This document shows, in pieces, positions 62,103 through 64,000 of a stretch of DNA of 64,000 nt. Each line of letters starts with the position of its first letter. The stretch's first letter is position 1. This DNA comes from an uncultured Chloroflexia bacterium (GTDB lineage: Bacteria > Chloroflexota > Limnocylindria > Limnocylindrales > CSP1-4). Location of the stretch: positions 290,922-354,921 of the forward strand of contig CAVQQU010000005.1 in assembly GCA_963715085.1 (NCBI GenBank), given 5' to 3'. Below the pieces are notes generated by a model. It had not been told where the DNA came from, made no database searches, and saw nothing but the letters and a program-made list of their open reading frames with translations. Made by a program: the position numbers and the translations under genes.

Positions 62103-63005
62103 CTACTCGGCTGGCATCGAGCCGGGGGCATCGCCCGTCGCGATCGGCATCCCGGCGCGGCACCAGTCCGAATATGACCCGGGGTAGAGGAGGGGATCGG
62201 GCAGGCCCGCGGCGCGCATCGCCAGGGCGAGCTGGCAGGCGTTGACGCCGCTGCCGCAGGAGACGACGACGGGTCGATCGCCAGGGGCCGAGCCTGCGTC
62301 ACCACCGGCCCCGCCAGCGGCCGCCCCGGCGCGCGCTGCGCCCAGCGCCGCGAAGCGCACCGCCAGCGCCTCGGACGGCAGGAACCGGCCGTCCGCCCCG
62401 AGAAACGTCGATGTCGGAGCGTTCACCGCCGTGGGAATGTGACCGGCGATCGGGTCGATCGGCTCGATCTCGCCTCGGTACCGCTCCGACGCCCGCCCGT
62501 CGAGGAGGGTGAGCGAGCCGAGACGCGGCTCCAGGTTCTCGCGCGGGATCGTGCGCGGCCAGGTGCTCGGGAGGTCGGCGATGGGGGCGGCCGCGTCGAA
62601 GGTCCGGACGTCGGCGGTCAGCGGCAGCCCTGCGTCGCGCCAGGCCCCGATCCCGCCGTCCAGCACGGCTGCGCGCTCGTGGCCCAGGACGTCGAGCATC
62701 CACCAGAGCCGGGCCGCGACCGTGCCACCGGCATCGTCGTAGGCCACGACCCGGTGCTCGCGGCCGATCCCGAGGGCGCCGAGGGCAGCGGCGAACGCGG
62801 CCGGGTCGGGGAGGGGATGACGTCCCGGACCGGCCGGCGCGGCGAGGACGGTGTCGAGGTCCACGAAGACGGCGCCCGGGAGATGTGCCTCGGCGTAGGC
62901 CGTCCGGCCCGCGGCAGGCGCCGCGAGCGACCAGCGCACGTCGGCGATCCGCAGGCTCGGGTCGTCGAGGAGGGCCGCCAGGTCGGCCGCCGAGATGAGG
63001 CTCAT
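62103..63005 (-). CDS. Tandem-rhodanese sulfurtransferase (thiosulfate/3-mercaptopyruvate type)
   Basis: Two rhodanese domains: HLPGAVFVDL... and GHIPTAVN.... Active-site loop VVSCGSGVNAC. ATG 63005. Intact. Confidence 0.85.
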   Translation of the reverse strand: MSLISAADLAALLDDPSLRIADVRWSLAAPAAGRTAYAEAHLPGAVFVDLDTVLAAPAGPGRHPLPDPAAFAAALGALGIGREHRVVAYDDAGGTVAARLWWMLDVLGHERAAVLDGGIGAWRDAGLPLTADVRTFDAAAPIADLPSTWPRTIPRENLEPRLGSLTLLDGRASERYRGEIEPIDPIAGHIPTAVNAPTSTFLGADGRFLPSEALAVRFAALGAARAGAAAGGAGGDAGSAPGDRPVVVSCGSGVNACQLALAMRAAGLPDPLLYPGSYSDWCRAGMPIATGDAPGSMPAE

Positions 63006-63155
63006 GGTCCGAGTATCGCATCGGGGCCGGCCTCGGCCGGGGTCGCCGGCGACGAGCTGTTCGGCGGCGAGCCCCCGTGCCCTCGTGCTATCCTTCCGCC
63101 CGGCGCGGCCTTGGCCGCCCGGTGCGCCTCGCCCCACCGCGGCGGGCGCCAACGT

Positions 63156-63230
63156 TCCGGCGTAGCTCAGTGGTAGAGCGGGCGACTGTTAATCGCTTGG
63201 TCGTAGGTTCGAATCCTACCGCCGGAGCCA
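63156..63230 (+). tRNA. tRNA-Asn (anticodon GTT), CCA encoded
   Basis: Cloverleaf drawn by hand. Acceptor stem TCCGGCG/CGCCGGA. D arm GCTC-AGTGGTA-GAGC. Anticodon arm GGCGA-CTGTTAA-TCGCT. Variable loop TGGTC. T arm GTAGG-TTCGAAT-CCTAC. Discriminator G followed by CCA. Confidence 0.95.
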
Positions 63231-63306
63231 CTTCCTTCCGCCAGCCGAGACGGCGCTCCTCTCGTGCCTGGGGTGTGGTGGCAGGCGGGCGGCCACCCTG
63301 CGTGAC

Positions 63307-64000
63307 TCAGCTCACGTCGCCGGCCGGTGGCACGTTCTGGTTCAGCCGGAAGAGGTTCGACGGGTCGTAGCGGCGCTTGACGGCCACGAGCCGGTTCCAC
63401 GTCGCCCCGGGATAGGCGTCGCGCACGCGCGCTTCGCCCTCGTCGGCGAGGAAGCCGACGTAGGCGCCGACGTCGTCCTGGCGGAGCGCGGCCACGAGGT
63501 CGTCCGCCCACGCCGTCCGGCGCGCCCTGTCCTCGGGCGTGCCGTCATGGAAGGCCGCGACGACGGCCAGGATCCGGCTCGACACGGTGCGCGAACGCGG
63601 TGGCGTCGGCAGGGACGCGAGCCATCGCTCCGCCGAGGACGCGGAGCTGGGCGACCCGCATCGGCGCGTCCGACGCTTCGAGGGCGGCCAGGATCGCGGC
63701 CGACTCGGCCAGGCCGATCCGGGTCGTGAAGAGCCCCTTGGCAACGGCCAGCGGGTGGTAGTCCGGGTCCTCGGGCGGGTAGAGCTCCGGGTAGCCCATC
63801 GGCCGGACCAGGTCCGCGAGCGGCGTCGCGAGCGCGCGGAAGGGGGCCACGGCCCGCTGGCCCGCATCGAGGTCCCCGACGTGCGCCAGCAGGCCCATCA
63901 CGATCAGCTTCCCGTGGTGCTCCGGCGCCAGGAACGGCATCGGCGGGGCCGGCATCACGTTCGCGATCGTCGACAGCTCGTCCGGGGCGGCCTCGGCCGC
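63307..64000 (-). CDS. FAD-linked oxidase with berberine-bridge (BBE) C-terminal domain, 5' part outside window, frame change ~63570
   Basis: C-terminus YPGATWNRLVAVKRRYDPSNLFRLNQNV (BBE motif) is in ORF 63307..63867. Upstream part ...LIVMGLLAHVGDLDAGQRAVAPFRAL... is in ORF 63545..63958. Confidence 0.7.

Noticed and set aside
63156-63306. tRNA-Asn as an integration site of a genomic island
   Set aside because: No integrase, no direct repeat of the tRNA 3' end, and no compositional shift were seen in the 770 nt available downstream. The window ends too soon to judge.
1945-63570. Programmed ribosomal frameshifting as the explanation for the split genes
   Set aside because: The junctions I examined lack slippery heptamers and downstream pseudoknot logic. 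They occur in dozens of unrelated metabolic genes, several times per gene. Programmed shifts are rare and family-specific.

Overview
High-GC window (about 72-78% by eye in most rows) that looks like ordinary chromosome of an Actinomycetota-type organism. Supporting this are an SCO1664/DUF3090 pair, an LCP protein, an Eis-like GNAT and an rpoD with a long N-terminal extension. I recognise about 57 protein genes plus tRNA-Asn(GTT). I found no rRNA, CRISPR, transposase, integrase or phage genes.

Gene blocks, left to right:
- Sugar ABC transporter genes, convergent xylA-xylB, an LLM oxidoreductase and mtnP.
- IMPase, a FEN-like exonuclease, aceE, a SIMPL protein, a PQQ sugar dehydrogenase, DUF72, and marR divergent from yceI.
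- A NitT/TauT-type ABC operon (ATPase, permease, NMT1-like SBP).
- A roughly 0.8-kb non-coding region (20.0-20.8 kb), then a small Zn-ribbon ORF, LCP, a mutarotase-like gene and YtxH plus a holin-UbiB kinase.
- A 10-gene tetR-menFDHBACE-hydrolase-menG operon.
- DrrAB-like ABC exporter genes, SCO1664/DUF3090/LiaF-like genes, an ARH-phosphatase fusion plus rbsK, and HAD.
- An uncharacterised Pol-beta nucleotidyltransferase divergent from a DEDDh exonuclease, then ArsR-DUF2087 and pirin.
- A lower-GC S8 protease next to a gene remnant.
- dnaG-rpoD, acs, a P-type ATPase, Eis-like GNAT, a VOC protein, rhodanese, tRNA-Asn and a BBE oxidase (3' part only).

Two points stand out:
1. A lattice of about 10 covarying mini-hairpins with a fixed CCGCAAGG (GCAA tetraloop) apex at 20369-20638. 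I cannot assign it to any known element.
2. About 60 apparent +/-1 frame changes, strongly clustered in some genes and absent from others.

All product calls come from motif recognition by eye. No database search was possible, and coordinates at frame junctions are approximate.
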